Below, one piece after another: positions 54,036-64,000 of a stretch of 64,000 nucleotides of DNA. The notes below the pieces were generated by a model. It searched no databases and was not told where the DNA came from. It was given only the letters and a program-made list of their open reading frames with translations. Numbering within the stretch: position 1 is the stretch's first letter; every line of letters begins with the position of its first letter. This stretch comes from an uncultured Candidatus Binatia bacterium (GTDB lineage: Bacteria; Desulfobacterota; Binatia; UBA9968; CAXXLF01): assembly GCA_965218425.1 (NCBI GenBank), contig OZ244621.1:1376001-1440000 (forward strand). Reading direction: 5' to 3'. The position numbers were made by a program, and so were the translations under genes.

Positions 54036-55181
54036 ATGGATCCTTATTTTAAACTCGAGCAATTCCGGCTCCGCGACCACGTTCGTGCCTGGGTGAACCA
54101 ACACCTCCTTTCCCGCAAGAAAATCGTTGCCGATGTGGACCAGGAAGCCGGGGACCTCCTAAATGACCTCGGACGGGCAGGATTTTTAAGCTACACGGTT
54201 CCAAAGAAATACGCCGGCGTCCGCCCTGCCGTGTCGGCCCAAGACCTCTGCATCTTGCGTGAAGAGTTGGCCCGCGGCTCGTCCTTGGCCGACACCATGT
54301 TCGCCGTACAGGCTTTGGGGAGTTATCCCATCACACTTGCAGGCAATGATCATCAAAAGCTCAGTTATCTGCCTCCAATGGCAAAGGGAGAAGCCATCGC
54401 GGCTTTTGCCCTAACTGAGCCCCAGGCAGGATCGGACGTTGCGGCCATAGAATCGCGCGCGGTCAAGCGAGGAGAGGAATACCTCCTCACGGGAACCAAG
54501 AGCCTCATCTCCAATGCCGGATTGGCCCATACCTACGTAGTCTTCGCCCTAACCGATCCGAAGCGGAGGAAGAAGGGAGTGAGCGCCTTCGTGGTTGAGT
54601 CCGACACACCTGGTGTAGTCGTCAAAGAGAGAGTCTCTCTTATGTCTCCCCACCCCATTGGGACGGTTGCCTTTGAAGACTGCCTTATTCCGCAGGGCCG
54701 ACTATTAGGAAGAGAAGGAGAGGGTCTGAAAATAGCCTTGACCACGCTGGACCTCCTCCGTTGCAGCGTGGGAGCCGCCGCTTTAGGCCTGGCACAAAGG
54801 GCCATGGAGGAGGCAATTGACCATAGCCAAACTCGCCGCCAGTTCGGCAAAAGGCTAGCCGAATTTCAGAGCATCCAGTTCCAATTGGCTGACATGGCCA
54901 CGGAGTTAGAAGCATCCCGCCTGCTGGTTCACCATGCGGCCTGGACCCGGGATCACAGCGGCGAGGGCTTCACACAAAGGTCTTCCATGGCAAAGCTTTT
55001 CGCCACCGAGGCGGCACAGAGAGTCATCGACCAGGCGCTTCAAATTCACGGCGGGCTGGGTCTGGTATCAGGAAATCCGGTAGAGCAGCTCTACCGGGAT
55101 GTGCGCGCCCTGAGAATTTACGAGGGGACGTCGGAGATTCAGAAACTCATCATCGCGAGAAACCTATTAGGGAAAAAATGA
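54036..55181 (+). CDS. Acyl-CoA dehydrogenase
   Basis: AFALTEPQAGSD, RRQFG, QIHGG, IYEGTSEIQ; start ATG 54036. Confidence 0.93.
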   Translation: MDPYFKLEQFRLRDHVRAWVNQHLLSRKKIVADVDQEAGDLLNDLGRAGFLSYTVPKKYAGVRPAVSAQDLCILREELARGSSLADTMFAVQALGSYPITLAGNDHQKLSYLPPMAKGEAIAAFALTEPQAGSDVAAIESRAVKRGEEYLLTGTKSLISNAGLAHTYVVFALTDPKRRKKGVSAFVVESDTPGVVVKERVSLMSPHPIGTVAFEDCLIPQGRLLGREGEGLKIALTTLDLLRCSVGAAALGLAQRAMEEAIDHSQTRRQFGKRLAEFQSIQFQLADMATELEASRLLVHHAAWTRDHSGEGFTQRSSMAKLFATEAAQRVIDQALQIHGGLGLVSGNPVEQLYRDVRALRIYEGTSEIQKLIIARNLLGKK

Positions 55182-55231
55182 AACTTGGATTTCAGATCAA
55201 CGAACGACTTCTAAAACATTTTCTAAGATTC

Positions 55232-55485
55232 TTCCCGCAAAGACGCAAAGGACACATAACTTGCAAATTCGGAACTCGAAATCCGAAACCCGAAACAATT
55301 TCGAATAATCTAAATTCAAAACCAACGCATGCACCTGTTAGTCTTAGGAGTTCGGATTTCCGTCCTTGCGGGACACGCCATAGCGTTTGTTAAACGTTTT
55401 GAGAATTAATAATTTGAAGTTTTGGAATTATTTAGGATTTCGTGCTTCGGATTTAGGATTTTTACTCGGACGAGTCTTGGCCCGA
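55232..55485 (+). repeat. Palindromic heptamer-core element, copy 5 (subtype A, inverted relative to copies 1-4)
   Basis: Reverse complement aligns end to end with copy 1 (AAAATCCTAA.TCCGAAGCACGAAATCCTAAA.AATTCC and TTATTCGAAATTGTTTCG). Confidence 0.85.
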
Positions 55486-55541
55486 GTTGTCTTCGCACGA
55501 ATTTTGGGTCTTCCAAATTGAAGAATAATGGGAGGGGTGTC

Positions 55542-56693
55542 ATGGATTTCAATCTATCGGAGGAGTTGGTAGCCGTTAGGAATCTGGCACGCGAGTTTGC
55601 CGAGAAGGAGATTCAGCCTAACGCAGTCAAGGACGACCAGGAGCACTTTTTTCGTAGAGAGCTGGTGACCAGGATGGGAGAGTTGGGATTTTTCGGCTGC
55701 GTGATACCGGAAGAATACGGCGGCGCCGACCTCGGCTGGATGGCTCTGGCGTTAATCTCTGAGGAGATCGCCCGTATCCACAGCGCCATTCGCGTTCATA
55801 TCAACATGCAAATGGGGCCCTCCCTGGCCCTCCTGCGATTCGGCACCGAGGCACAAAAAAAGAAATGGATTCCACCTCTGGTCACGGGAGAAATCTTGGG
55901 TTGCTTCGCTATCACCGAACCCAACGCAGGCTCCGACGTGGCCGCCATGGCCGCAACGGCCAAAAAAAACAAACAGGGCTACGTTCTTCAAGGAACCAAA
56001 ACCTGGATCTCCAACGCCCCGGTGGCTGACGTTGCCTTAGTCTACGCCTATACGGATCGATCCCAACGACATCAAGGAATGTCGGCATTTATCGTGGAGC
56101 TAAACAAAGACCGCGTGGGGCGCAGAACTCTGGAAAAGCTTGGGGCCCACGCCTCGCCCACAGGAGAGCTTACCTTCGATGGGGTAAACGTTCCCACGGA
56201 ACAACGAATCGGCCCGGAGGGAGAAGGATTCAGCATCTGCATGTGGCAACTCAACCAGACGCGGTTGAACTGTGCCGCAGGCGCCCTTGGAGTCGCTCGA
56301 GCGGCACGCGAAGCGGCCGTGAGCTATGCGAACCAGAGGGAACAGTTCGGAGAAAAGATCGGTCGGTATCAGATGATCCAGGACCAAATTGCCCAAATGG
56401 TGATGGAGGAGGAAGCGGCTCGATTGCTGGTCCACCGTGCGGCGTGGCTGGCGGATGAGAACAAATCCAATAACCTCGAAGTCTCCATGGGCAAGTTTGC
56501 CGCAGCGGAGGCTGCGGCGCATGCGGCGGATAGCGCGTTGAAGATCCTCGGCGCCTATGGTTATTCCACGGAATTCCCCGTGGAGAGGTACTTGCGAGAT
56601 GCGAAATCATACCAGATCGTTGAAGGATCATCGAACATCCAAAAATTGATTATCGGTCAAGACGCGCTGGGCTACAGGAAGGCAAACCGCTGA
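55542..56693 (+). CDS. Acyl-CoA dehydrogenase, non-decarboxylating glutaryl-CoA dehydrogenase-like
   Basis: MDFNLS, MGELGFFG, SAIRVHINM, LEKLGAHASPTGEL, ILGAYGYSTE, C-terminal LGYRKANR; resembles Desulfococcus Acd as recalled. Confidence 0.8.
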   Translation: MDFNLSEELVAVRNLAREFAEKEIQPNAVKDDQEHFFRRELVTRMGELGFFGCVIPEEYGGADLGWMALALISEEIARIHSAIRVHINMQMGPSLALLRFGTEAQKKKWIPPLVTGEILGCFAITEPNAGSDVAAMAATAKKNKQGYVLQGTKTWISNAPVADVALVYAYTDRSQRHQGMSAFIVELNKDRVGRRTLEKLGAHASPTGELTFDGVNVPTEQRIGPEGEGFSICMWQLNQTRLNCAAGALGVARAAREAAVSYANQREQFGEKIGRYQMIQDQIAQMVMEEEAARLLVHRAAWLADENKSNNLEVSMGKFAAAEAAAHAADSALKILGAYGYSTEFPVERYLRDAKSYQIVEGSSNIQKLIIGQDALGYRKANR

Positions 56694-56732
56694 AAGCAAA
56701 GCGCTAAGCGCAAGAACAAGGGGAGACAACCC

Positions 56733-57104
56733 ATGGCCCAGATAAGGCCGAAATTCCTCTTCATGGACCTTGAGATTTGGCAAGATTCGATCGAAGTCGA
56801 CGACCGATTGTTTGATCCGGCGGACGGCTTAGGGGTAAAAAGACCATGCCGATTTGCCGACCAATTGCGTGGTGGTGGAATGTCCATGAGCAACAACATC
56901 GTTGAAGGATCCGGTAGGACATCGAAGCGAGAATTCTTGAATTTCCTGAATATCGCACGTCGGCCAACGTTTGAAAATGCGAACCTGCTTCTTGTGTTGG
57001 AAAAGCGCCAATTATCGGGGCCAAACATGGTCACGGAGATTCTAGACCGTTTAGATCACTTGTGCCGAAAGATCACAAACTTTCAGTGGAGTCTATGTAC
57101 GTGA
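56733..57104 (+). CDS. Four-helix-bundle protein (23S rRNA IVP / Avd-like), possibly decaying
   Basis: FMDLEIWQ, DQLRG..MSMSNNIVEG, EFLNFLNIARR; flanked by inverted AGCAAAGCGC / GCGCTTTGCT. Confidence 0.85.
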   Translation: MAQIRPKFLFMDLEIWQDSIEVDDRLFDPADGLGVKRPCRFADQLRGGGMSMSNNIVEGSGRTSKREFLNFLNIARRPTFENANLLLVLEKRQLSGPNMVTEILDRLDHLCRKITNFQWSLCT

Positions 57105-57276
57105 TTTCTTACCCATTTGACTTCGCATTATACGCTATGCGCCATGCGCTTTGCTGTTCTCCAGTGGGCGAAAATCTACGGTTAAATCATGAGAGTTTGG
57201 TAGGTAAATACCTTAAGAAAACCCCCAAGTTTTCAGTAGACATTTCGATTCGAAGTACGGTACATAACGTGACTCC

Positions 57277-58647
57277 ATGATGGCTTTGATAGGCAAATCG
57301 GGGATACTCTTCCTGTCTTTCTGCTTTCTGGTCTGGTCCCCCACCCCCATAAACTCTTTACACGCCGCGTCTCTTGGACCATCCAACGGCAACGGCGCGC
57401 AGGAAAAATCCGCCCAAAACGGGCTGACACCATCGATTAACGGTTTCGAACGGGTTACACACCGGATCCGGCGTGGTGACACCCTTGGAAATCTCTTAAG
57501 ACGGTACGGTTTGTCCGGTAAAGAACAAGACACCTGGGTCCGTTCTATCCGCAAGCAGTTCTCTCCAAGAAGACTTCGCCCCGGGCGGGAGATTTATTTT
57601 TATTTCTCCACCAACGGCCACGCCAGTGACGTTCATTCCAATAACGGTCACTCGCAAACAGGTGAAAAGGACAAAACTCAGAGCTACGGCAGGAAACATC
57701 TTAATGCCCTGGCATTAGAACTGGACAAAGATTGGGTATTGAATTGGGAACTGGGAGACGAAGGGATCGTCTTTCGAAAGGTTCAGAAACCCTACGAGGT
57801 GGAAGTGAAAACGGTGGCAGGAACCATTACGGACACCCTGCATGAGAGCGGTGAGAGATTTGGCCTACATCTCGATGTCGTCTCGCAGCTTGTTGATATC
57901 TTCGGCTGGGAGATCAATTTTCAAAATGACCTTAGAGAAGGAGATTCCTTTAGGGTTCTCTATGAGAGAAAGTACCGAAAGGAAGGAACGAAAAAAGAAA
58001 GCTTCCGTGTCCTGGCGGCAGAACTCAGTGCCGGTGGAGGAAAACGATTTGCCTTTTATTTTGAAAAGGAAAACGGCGACGGCGGATATTTCGACCGCCA
58101 GGGGAAGTCCCTCTCCCGCACCTTCCTCCGCTATCCCGTTCAGTTCAGCCGCATCAGTTCCAGTTTTTCCCATCGACGCCTGCATCCGATCCTCAAGGTA
58201 AAGCGCCCCCACCGTGGCATCGACTTCGTGGCAAAACGGGGAACTCCTGTCCGAGCGGTGGGAGACGGGCGAGTCACCTATGCCGGATGGAAAAGGGGCG
58301 GTTACGGCAGGTTCATTGAGATCCGACACGGCTCCGCCTTTAGGACCCGCTACGCCCACCTGAACGGGTACGCACGCGGCATACGAAAGGGGATGAAAGT
58401 CAAAAAAGGCCAGATCATCGGTTACGTGGGTTGCTCAGGCAGATGCACCGGTTCTCACCTGCATTTTGAAATGTACCAAAATCAAAGATACGTCAATCCT
58501 CTCAAGACCGGGCTCCCACGGGAAGAGAAAATTGAACCTGCCCTTTGGGGAGTATTTGAAAGCGCCAGGGAACTCATCCTCACGCAGTTGAACCCAAACT
58601 CACGCTCCGGCTCCCTTAACGGTTCCCAACCCAGCCACCGGCATTAG
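57277..58647 (+). CDS. M23 family peptidoglycan endopeptidase (MepM-like, LysM-like N-terminus)
   Basis: IRRGDTL, HRGID, YAHL, TGSHLHFE. Confidence 0.93.
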   Translation: MMALIGKSGILFLSFCFLVWSPTPINSLHAASLGPSNGNGAQEKSAQNGLTPSINGFERVTHRIRRGDTLGNLLRRYGLSGKEQDTWVRSIRKQFSPRRLRPGREIYFYFSTNGHASDVHSNNGHSQTGEKDKTQSYGRKHLNALALELDKDWVLNWELGDEGIVFRKVQKPYEVEVKTVAGTITDTLHESGERFGLHLDVVSQLVDIFGWEINFQNDLREGDSFRVLYERKYRKEGTKKESFRVLAAELSAGGGKRFAFYFEKENGDGGYFDRQGKSLSRTFLRYPVQFSRISSSFSHRRLHPILKVKRPHRGIDFVAKRGTPVRAVGDGRVTYAGWKRGGYGRFIEIRHGSAFRTRYAHLNGYARGIRKGMKVKKGQIIGYVGCSGRCTGSHLHFEMYQNQRYVNPLKTGLPREEKIEPALWGVFESARELILTQLNPNSRSGSLNGSQPSHRH

Positions 58648-58732
58648 CTCCTTTGTCATTTTTCAGACGGCAAATTTCATAATTCATTTACTATCCCCCG
58701 TGGTCTCACGGGTATCGACTCACATCACAAGA

Positions 58733-58762
58733 TTGACAAGCTTAAAGCGACGAGACTAAACT
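58733..58762 (+). promoter_or_regulatory. Possible sigma70 promoter
   Basis: TTGACA-18 nt-TAAACT. Confidence 0.35.
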
Positions 58763-58862
58763 CCTCCCCCATATGAACCGCTTCGTCCAAGCTCAAACCA
58801 TTGACGATCATATCGAAATTCCTGAACGTCACTTGTATTTTACAGCTCCAAGAGCTTTTTTG

Positions 58863-59023
58863 GGGAATTATATACCATATTACACGGAGGCCCGCGGTAA
58901 ACTTTTGTCATGCTCAGTTGAATATAGGAGTATGGCACAGATAGTTGGGAAGAGTTATCGGAAGGGAATGACGTTGGTAGAGGCGATTGAGCGGTTTCTT
59001 GTGTAATTTGGTATGTAATTCCA
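58863..59023 (+). mobile_element. IS1595-family (ISNwi1-like) internally deleted element / MITE
   Basis: 22-bp TIRs with 20/22 match (58864-58885 and 59001-59022); degenerate 8-bp flanks CTTTTTTG / TTTTTATG; AGGAG then ATG 58932 encoding MAQIVGKSYRKGMTLVEAIERF. Confidence 0.75.
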
Positions 59024-59241
59024 TTTTTATGCCCCAGTGGTTCCGAAAGACGCGACCCTTTGCCCTGGTTTTGGGAATCGGCTTTTATATCATACTGTAT
59101 CTTGCCATGGACATCTTGAGTTTCTCCCTCGCCATGATAGGCACGTACCTCCTTTTCGTGGGGCCGGAAACTCTCGTCTCCTGCGTGCGGTCCATTCTAA
59201 TTCAGGACCACGCCGAGTTTGAATTAAAAGCCCAGGCTTAA
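59024..59241 (+). pseudogene. C-terminal remnant of an HTTM-domain membrane protein
   Basis: WFRKTRPFALVLGIGFYIILYLAMDILSFSLAMIGTYLLFV; 5' part lost or interrupted by the IS remnant. Confidence 0.55.
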
Positions 59242-59253
59242 GAGACAAACCGA

Positions 59254-59508
59254 GATGATTCGCGCAAAGGCGCAAAGCGTAAGGACAAGGGAAGAGAACC
59301 AGTAGGGCGGAAAAGACCGAAATTCCTCTTCATGGACCTTGAGATTTGGCAAGATTCGATCGAAGTCGGTGACCGATTGTTTGATCCGGAGGCAAAAAGA
59401 CTACACCGGTTTGGCGACCCATGTGCCGAAAGATCGCAAACTTTCAGCGGAGTCTACGTACGTGATTTCTTACGCATCTGACTTCGCATTATACGCTATG
59501 CTCTTTGC
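59254..59508 (+). pseudogene. Internally deleted second copy of the four-helix-bundle cassette, fused to an element arm
   Basis: 59317-59389 matches 56748-56820 at 71/73 nt; about 200 nt deleted; 59422 onward matches 57061 onward; start codon lost; begins with GATGATTCGCGCAAAGGCGCAAAG. Confidence 0.9.
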
Positions 59509-59517
59509 CGTTAAGTA

Positions 59518-60747
59518 ATGGACAAAGCGGTCATACTCAGTACAGGGGAAGAGTTGGTTGCCGGGAAGGTAGTGGACACCAACTCGTCTTACATCGCGGA
59601 CAAGCTCTTTTATCTCGGCGTAGAGGTAGTCGCCATCCTGAAAGTGGGTGATGATCGGGAGAGGCTCTGCTGGGCGTTTCAACATGCCGCAGAGCTGGGA
59701 GACCTCATCATTGGAACCGGGGGGCTTGGCCCCACGGTGGACGACCTCACCACTGAAACTGTGGCCCAGTTCTTCGGCAGACCCACAGCGCTCCATGAAG
59801 ATGTAGCCACGGCCTTGAAACGCAGATTTGAGGACAGGGGTCGCCCTTGGACGGAAAACAACCTGAAGCAGGCCCGGTTTCCCAAAAGAGCCGAAGTGAT
59901 TCCAAACCATCGGGGAACGGCTCCGGGTTTTCGCATCCACATCGGTGAACGCAAGTGGTTGATTTGGCTCTCCGGGGTACCCAGAGAGATGGTGGAGATG
60001 ATGCAGCAAAGCGTGCTTCCCTGGATTTCTCAGACGCTAGAGACAGACGATGTAGCCTCCTCCACTTTCAAGATCTATGGCTTGACGGAGTCCAGGCTAG
60101 ATGACATATTGAAGCCGGTTCATCTCCCCGACGGTGCGCAGCTTTCCTTTCGGGCCCATTATCCTGACCTTTCGCTGCGGTTAATCTACAGAGGAGGCAA
60201 AGAGCATTCAAAACAATTCCAGGGACTCAAGGGCCGTATCAGGGAACTCATCGGACCCTATGTTTACGGTGAAGGCGATGAAACCCTGGAGGAGATTGTG
60301 GGCGGGTTGCTACGAAATCATGGATGGACTCTCGCTTTAGCCGAGTCCTGCACGGGAGGTTATATCAGCCATCGAATCACTCGGGTGCCCGGGAGCTCGG
60401 ACTATTTCAAGGGTTCGGCCGTCACCTATTCCAATGAGGCAAAAACAGCCGTCTTGGGCGTCAAAAAGCCTACCCTCGGGCGATTCGGCCCGGTGAGCCG
60501 TGAGACGGCCATGGAGATGGCCAGGGGGATTAGAAAGAAGACGGAGGCCAATGTCGGAATGAGCGTTACGGGAATCGCCGGACCTGAAGGGGGAACTCCT
60601 GACATTGCAGTGGGCACAGTATGGATTGGAATGGCTCAGCCCGAGAGTGTCGAGGCACAAATACTCCACCTTCAAGGGGACCGGGAGCGTGTGATTCAAG
60701 GCGCCTCGCAGGCAGCACTCCACTGGTTAAGAAAGGTCTTGCTCTAG
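59518..60747 (+). CDS. cinA: Competence/damage-inducible CinA (MocF + PncC NMN deamidase)
   Basis: GEELVAGKVVDTN, GGLGPTVDD, AESCTGG, TGIAGPEGG. Confidence 0.95.
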   Translation: MDKAVILSTGEELVAGKVVDTNSSYIADKLFYLGVEVVAILKVGDDRERLCWAFQHAAELGDLIIGTGGLGPTVDDLTTETVAQFFGRPTALHEDVATALKRRFEDRGRPWTENNLKQARFPKRAEVIPNHRGTAPGFRIHIGERKWLIWLSGVPREMVEMMQQSVLPWISQTLETDDVASSTFKIYGLTESRLDDILKPVHLPDGAQLSFRAHYPDLSLRLIYRGGKEHSKQFQGLKGRIRELIGPYVYGEGDETLEEIVGGLLRNHGWTLALAESCTGGYISHRITRVPGSSDYFKGSAVTYSNEAKTAVLGVKKPTLGRFGPVSRETAMEMARGIRKKTEANVGMSVTGIAGPEGGTPDIAVGTVWIGMAQPESVEAQILHLQGDRERVIQGASQAALHWLRKVLL

Positions 60748-60763
60748 GCAAACCACAGGGGCA

Positions 60764-61327
60764 GTGATACGTGCATTTGTTGCAGTCCGGATTGAACCGG
60801 CCATGCTCCAAAAAATATCCGAGGTTCGATCCCAGTTTCAGAAGAGCTTGACAGGACTCCGATGGGTCGCACAGGAAAATCTCCATCTCACCCTCAAATT
60901 TTTGGGATCGGTGGACGAAAATAGTGTTACACCCATGATGCATGCCCTGGAAAACGCGCTGGGACCTATCCCATGCTTTTTATTAGGTGGGAAAGGAATC
61001 GGAGTTTTCCCAAATATAAAGCGAGCCCGCGTGCTGTGGACCGGACTCGAAGGTCAAGGGCTACTTCGGTTAGCTGATGCAGTGGAAACCGCCCTCGAGC
61101 CTCTGGGCTTTCCCCGGGAGAAAAGGAATTTCACCCCCCATTTGACTCTTGGTCGGTGGCGGGACCCCGGGTTTCAACCGGAAAAGCTTAAAGAGCAGCT
61201 TTCAATATGGCGAAATCACGATTTCGGGCGATCCAGAGTAAATAATGTGGTCCTATTCCAAAGTGTCCTTATGCCGCAGGGGGCCGCGTACACCTCCCTC
61301 GGTGAGATACCTCTCAAGGAGCAGTAA
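60764..61327 (+). CDS. thpR: RNA 2',3'-cyclic phosphodiesterase (2H family)
   Basis: RAFVAV, HLTLKFLG, FTPHLTLGR. Confidence 0.93.
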   Translation: MIRAFVAVRIEPAMLQKISEVRSQFQKSLTGLRWVAQENLHLTLKFLGSVDENSVTPMMHALENALGPIPCFLLGGKGIGVFPNIKRARVLWTGLEGQGLLRLADAVETALEPLGFPREKRNFTPHLTLGRWRDPGFQPEKLKEQLSIWRNHDFGRSRVNNVVLFQSVLMPQGAAYTSLGEIPLKEQ

Positions 61328-61360
61328 ACCTGGTAACTATAACTATGTAGGAGAAATACC

Positions 61361-62428
61361 ATGGAAGTAAATCGAAGCAAGGCCATCGATCTGGCGGTCA
61401 GTCAAATCGAGAAGCAATTTGGCAAAGGGGCCATCATGAAGCTGGGAGAGGGAGGCATCATTAGCGATATCGCCGTCATCCCCACCGGCTCCATCGGCCT
61501 GGATATCGCCCTCAGTATAGGGGGCGTTCCCCGGGGAAGGGTGGTTGAGATCTACGGCCCCGAGTCCTCGGGAAAAACGACCCTGGCCCTTCATATCGTT
61601 TCGGAGACGCAAAAGCAGGGGGGAATGGGAGCCTATATCGACGCAGAGCATGCCCTGGATCTCTCCTACGCCAAAAGGCTGGGGGTCAATACGGATGACC
61701 TGCTGATCTCTCAGCCCGACCATGGGGAGCAGGCATTAGAGATTGCCGACACCCTGGTGCGCAGCGGTGCCATTGATGTGATCGTCATTGACTCCGTAGC
61801 CGCCTTGGTGCCCAGGGCGGAAATCGAGGGGGAAATGGGCGATTCCCATATGGGGCTTCAGGCCAGGCTCATGTCACAGGCCCTACGCAAACTGACCGGA
61901 ACTATCTCTCGCTCTCATGCTGTGGTGATTTTTATTAACCAGATCCGAATGAAGATCGGTGTCATGTTTGGAAACCCCGAAACCACCACGGGAGGCAATG
62001 CGCTAAAGTTCTATGCCTCCCTGAGAATGGATATTCGGCGCATTGGGGCAATAAAGGACGGGGACTCGGTGGTGGGCGGACGGACACGAGTGAAAGTGGT
62101 CAAGAACAAACTCGCGCCGCCTTTCAAGGAGGCGGAATTCGACATCCTATACGGAACGGGTATCTCCCGCGAAGGAGAAATCGTGGACTTGGGCAGTGGA
62201 ACCGGCATCGTGGAGAAGAGCGGGGCATGGTATTCTTTCAACAATGAACGGATTGGACAGGGGCGCGAGAGCGCAAAGGAGTTCCTTAGACAACATCCGG
62301 AAACTGCGCGAGAGCTGGCGGCGCTGATCGCCGAAAAGACTGGTACCAAGCGTGCCCCCGCGGACCCTCATGCTCAGGAAAAGAAGGAAAAGACCAAAGG
62401 GAAATCAGCATCGGACATCAAGGACTGA
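61361..62428 (+). CDS. recA: Recombinase A
   Basis: [32 protein letters not shown]. Confidence 0.99.
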   Translation: MEVNRSKAIDLAVSQIEKQFGKGAIMKLGEGGIISDIAVIPTGSIGLDIALSIGGVPRGRVVEIYGPESSGKTTLALHIVSETQKQGGMGAYIDAEHALDLSYAKRLGVNTDDLLISQPDHGEQALEIADTLVRSGAIDVIVIDSVAALVPRAEIEGEMGDSHMGLQARLMSQALRKLTGTISRSHAVVIFINQIRMKIGVMFGNPETTTGGNALKFYASLRMDIRRIGAIKDGDSVVGGRTRVKVVKNKLAPPFKEAEFDILYGTGISREGEIVDLGSGTGIVEKSGAWYSFNNERIGQGRESAKEFLRQHPETARELAALIAEKTGTKRAPADPHAQEKKEKTKGKSASDIKD

Positions 62429-62457
62429 GTGGGCTCAGCCTACCACAAGCTGAGACT

Positions 62458-62937
62458 ATGGCTAGGAACGTAGAGGGGGAATTGGCAAAGGCACTGAATC
62501 GCGCCCTCAAATTCCTCGGTTATCGAGCCCGGACGGAAGAACAAGTCAGGATCAAACTCATCCAGCTGGGCTACCCCCAAATCACCGTAGAAACCACCCT
62601 GGAAAGACTCGGTTCCTTAAACCTCCTGAACGATGAGACCTACGCCCGAGATTGGGCCCTGACTCGCGCGGCCAACCACGGGTATGGACTCAAGCGCATC
62701 GAGAGGGAACTGCGACAGAAGGGCATCTCGGAGCCTCTCATCGATACGATCCTACGGGAGACCTTTGCCGAACAGGATGAGCGGAAACGGGCAAGGGCTC
62801 TGCTCGATAAAAAGTTCAAAGACCAGGATCTGAGCGACCTGAAGGTTCTGCGACGAGCCAGCAACTACCTGCATCGACGCGGCTATAGCGAATCCATAAT
62901 TCTTGAGTTATTGAAAGGGCATACGGACCCTGACTGA
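62458..62937 (+). CDS. recX: Regulatory protein RecX
   Basis: ALKFLGYRART, LLNDETYA, ELRQKGI, LHRRGY; follows recA. Confidence 0.92.
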   Translation: MARNVEGELAKALNRALKFLGYRARTEEQVRIKLIQLGYPQITVETTLERLGSLNLLNDETYARDWALTRAANHGYGLKRIERELRQKGISEPLIDTILRETFAEQDERKRARALLDKKFKDQDLSDLKVLRRASNYLHRRGYSESIILELLKGHTDPD

Positions 62938-62963
62938 ACTACCGGAACAAGGGAATTTATTGA

Positions 62964-64000
<1,037 letters not shown>

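Noticed and set aside
56616..56911. 14-nt direct repeat ATCGTTGAAGGATC in the dehydrogenase and the four-helix gene
   Set aside because: Both encode IVEGS in unrelated proteins; a single short match is not enough to claim a mechanism.
56733..59508. Diversity-generating retroelement (Avd-like gene plus a near-identical repeat pair)
   Set aside because: No reverse transcriptase in the window, the differences between copies are not adenine-specific, and the repeat is the gene itself.
61328..61360. LexA box upstream of recA
   Set aside because: No match to the CTG-N10-CAG or GAAC-N4-GTTC patterns that I can support.

Overview
This is a 64 kb, mostly housekeeping window from a Gram-negative bacterium. 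The gene set and order (cinA-thpR-recA-recX-alaS, comDE-like pair, phthalate-decarboxylase-like SBP) suggest a deltaproteobacterium such as Binatota; that assignment is inference. Content in order: MoxR/DUF58/BatA operon, greA, peptide ABC transporter, TPR and LolB-like genes, eIF-2B-like gene, ligA with TRAP permeases, ThDP decarboxylase/OsmC/cyclodeaminase genes, modABC, a RAYT-type HUH transposase between 17-bp inverted repeats, rsmI, a split nitrilase + nadE pair, amgK-murU-anmK, MacAB-like and RND efflux, a porin, an extended BamD, acyl-CoA genes, an M23 peptidase and the recA region. The most unusual signal is non-coding. A family of ~230-330 bp imperfect-palindromic intergenic elements has CGCAAAGACGC-type arms and heptamer-repeat cores. 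All five full copies are sense-oriented to the host transcript, and two carry the same nested 39-bp insert. Further heptamer arrays flank a four-helix-bundle (Avd/IVP-like) gene and its internally deleted duplicate. A 161-bp IS1595-derived MITE and several gene remnants are also present. All calls come from motif recognition by eye; no searches were run.
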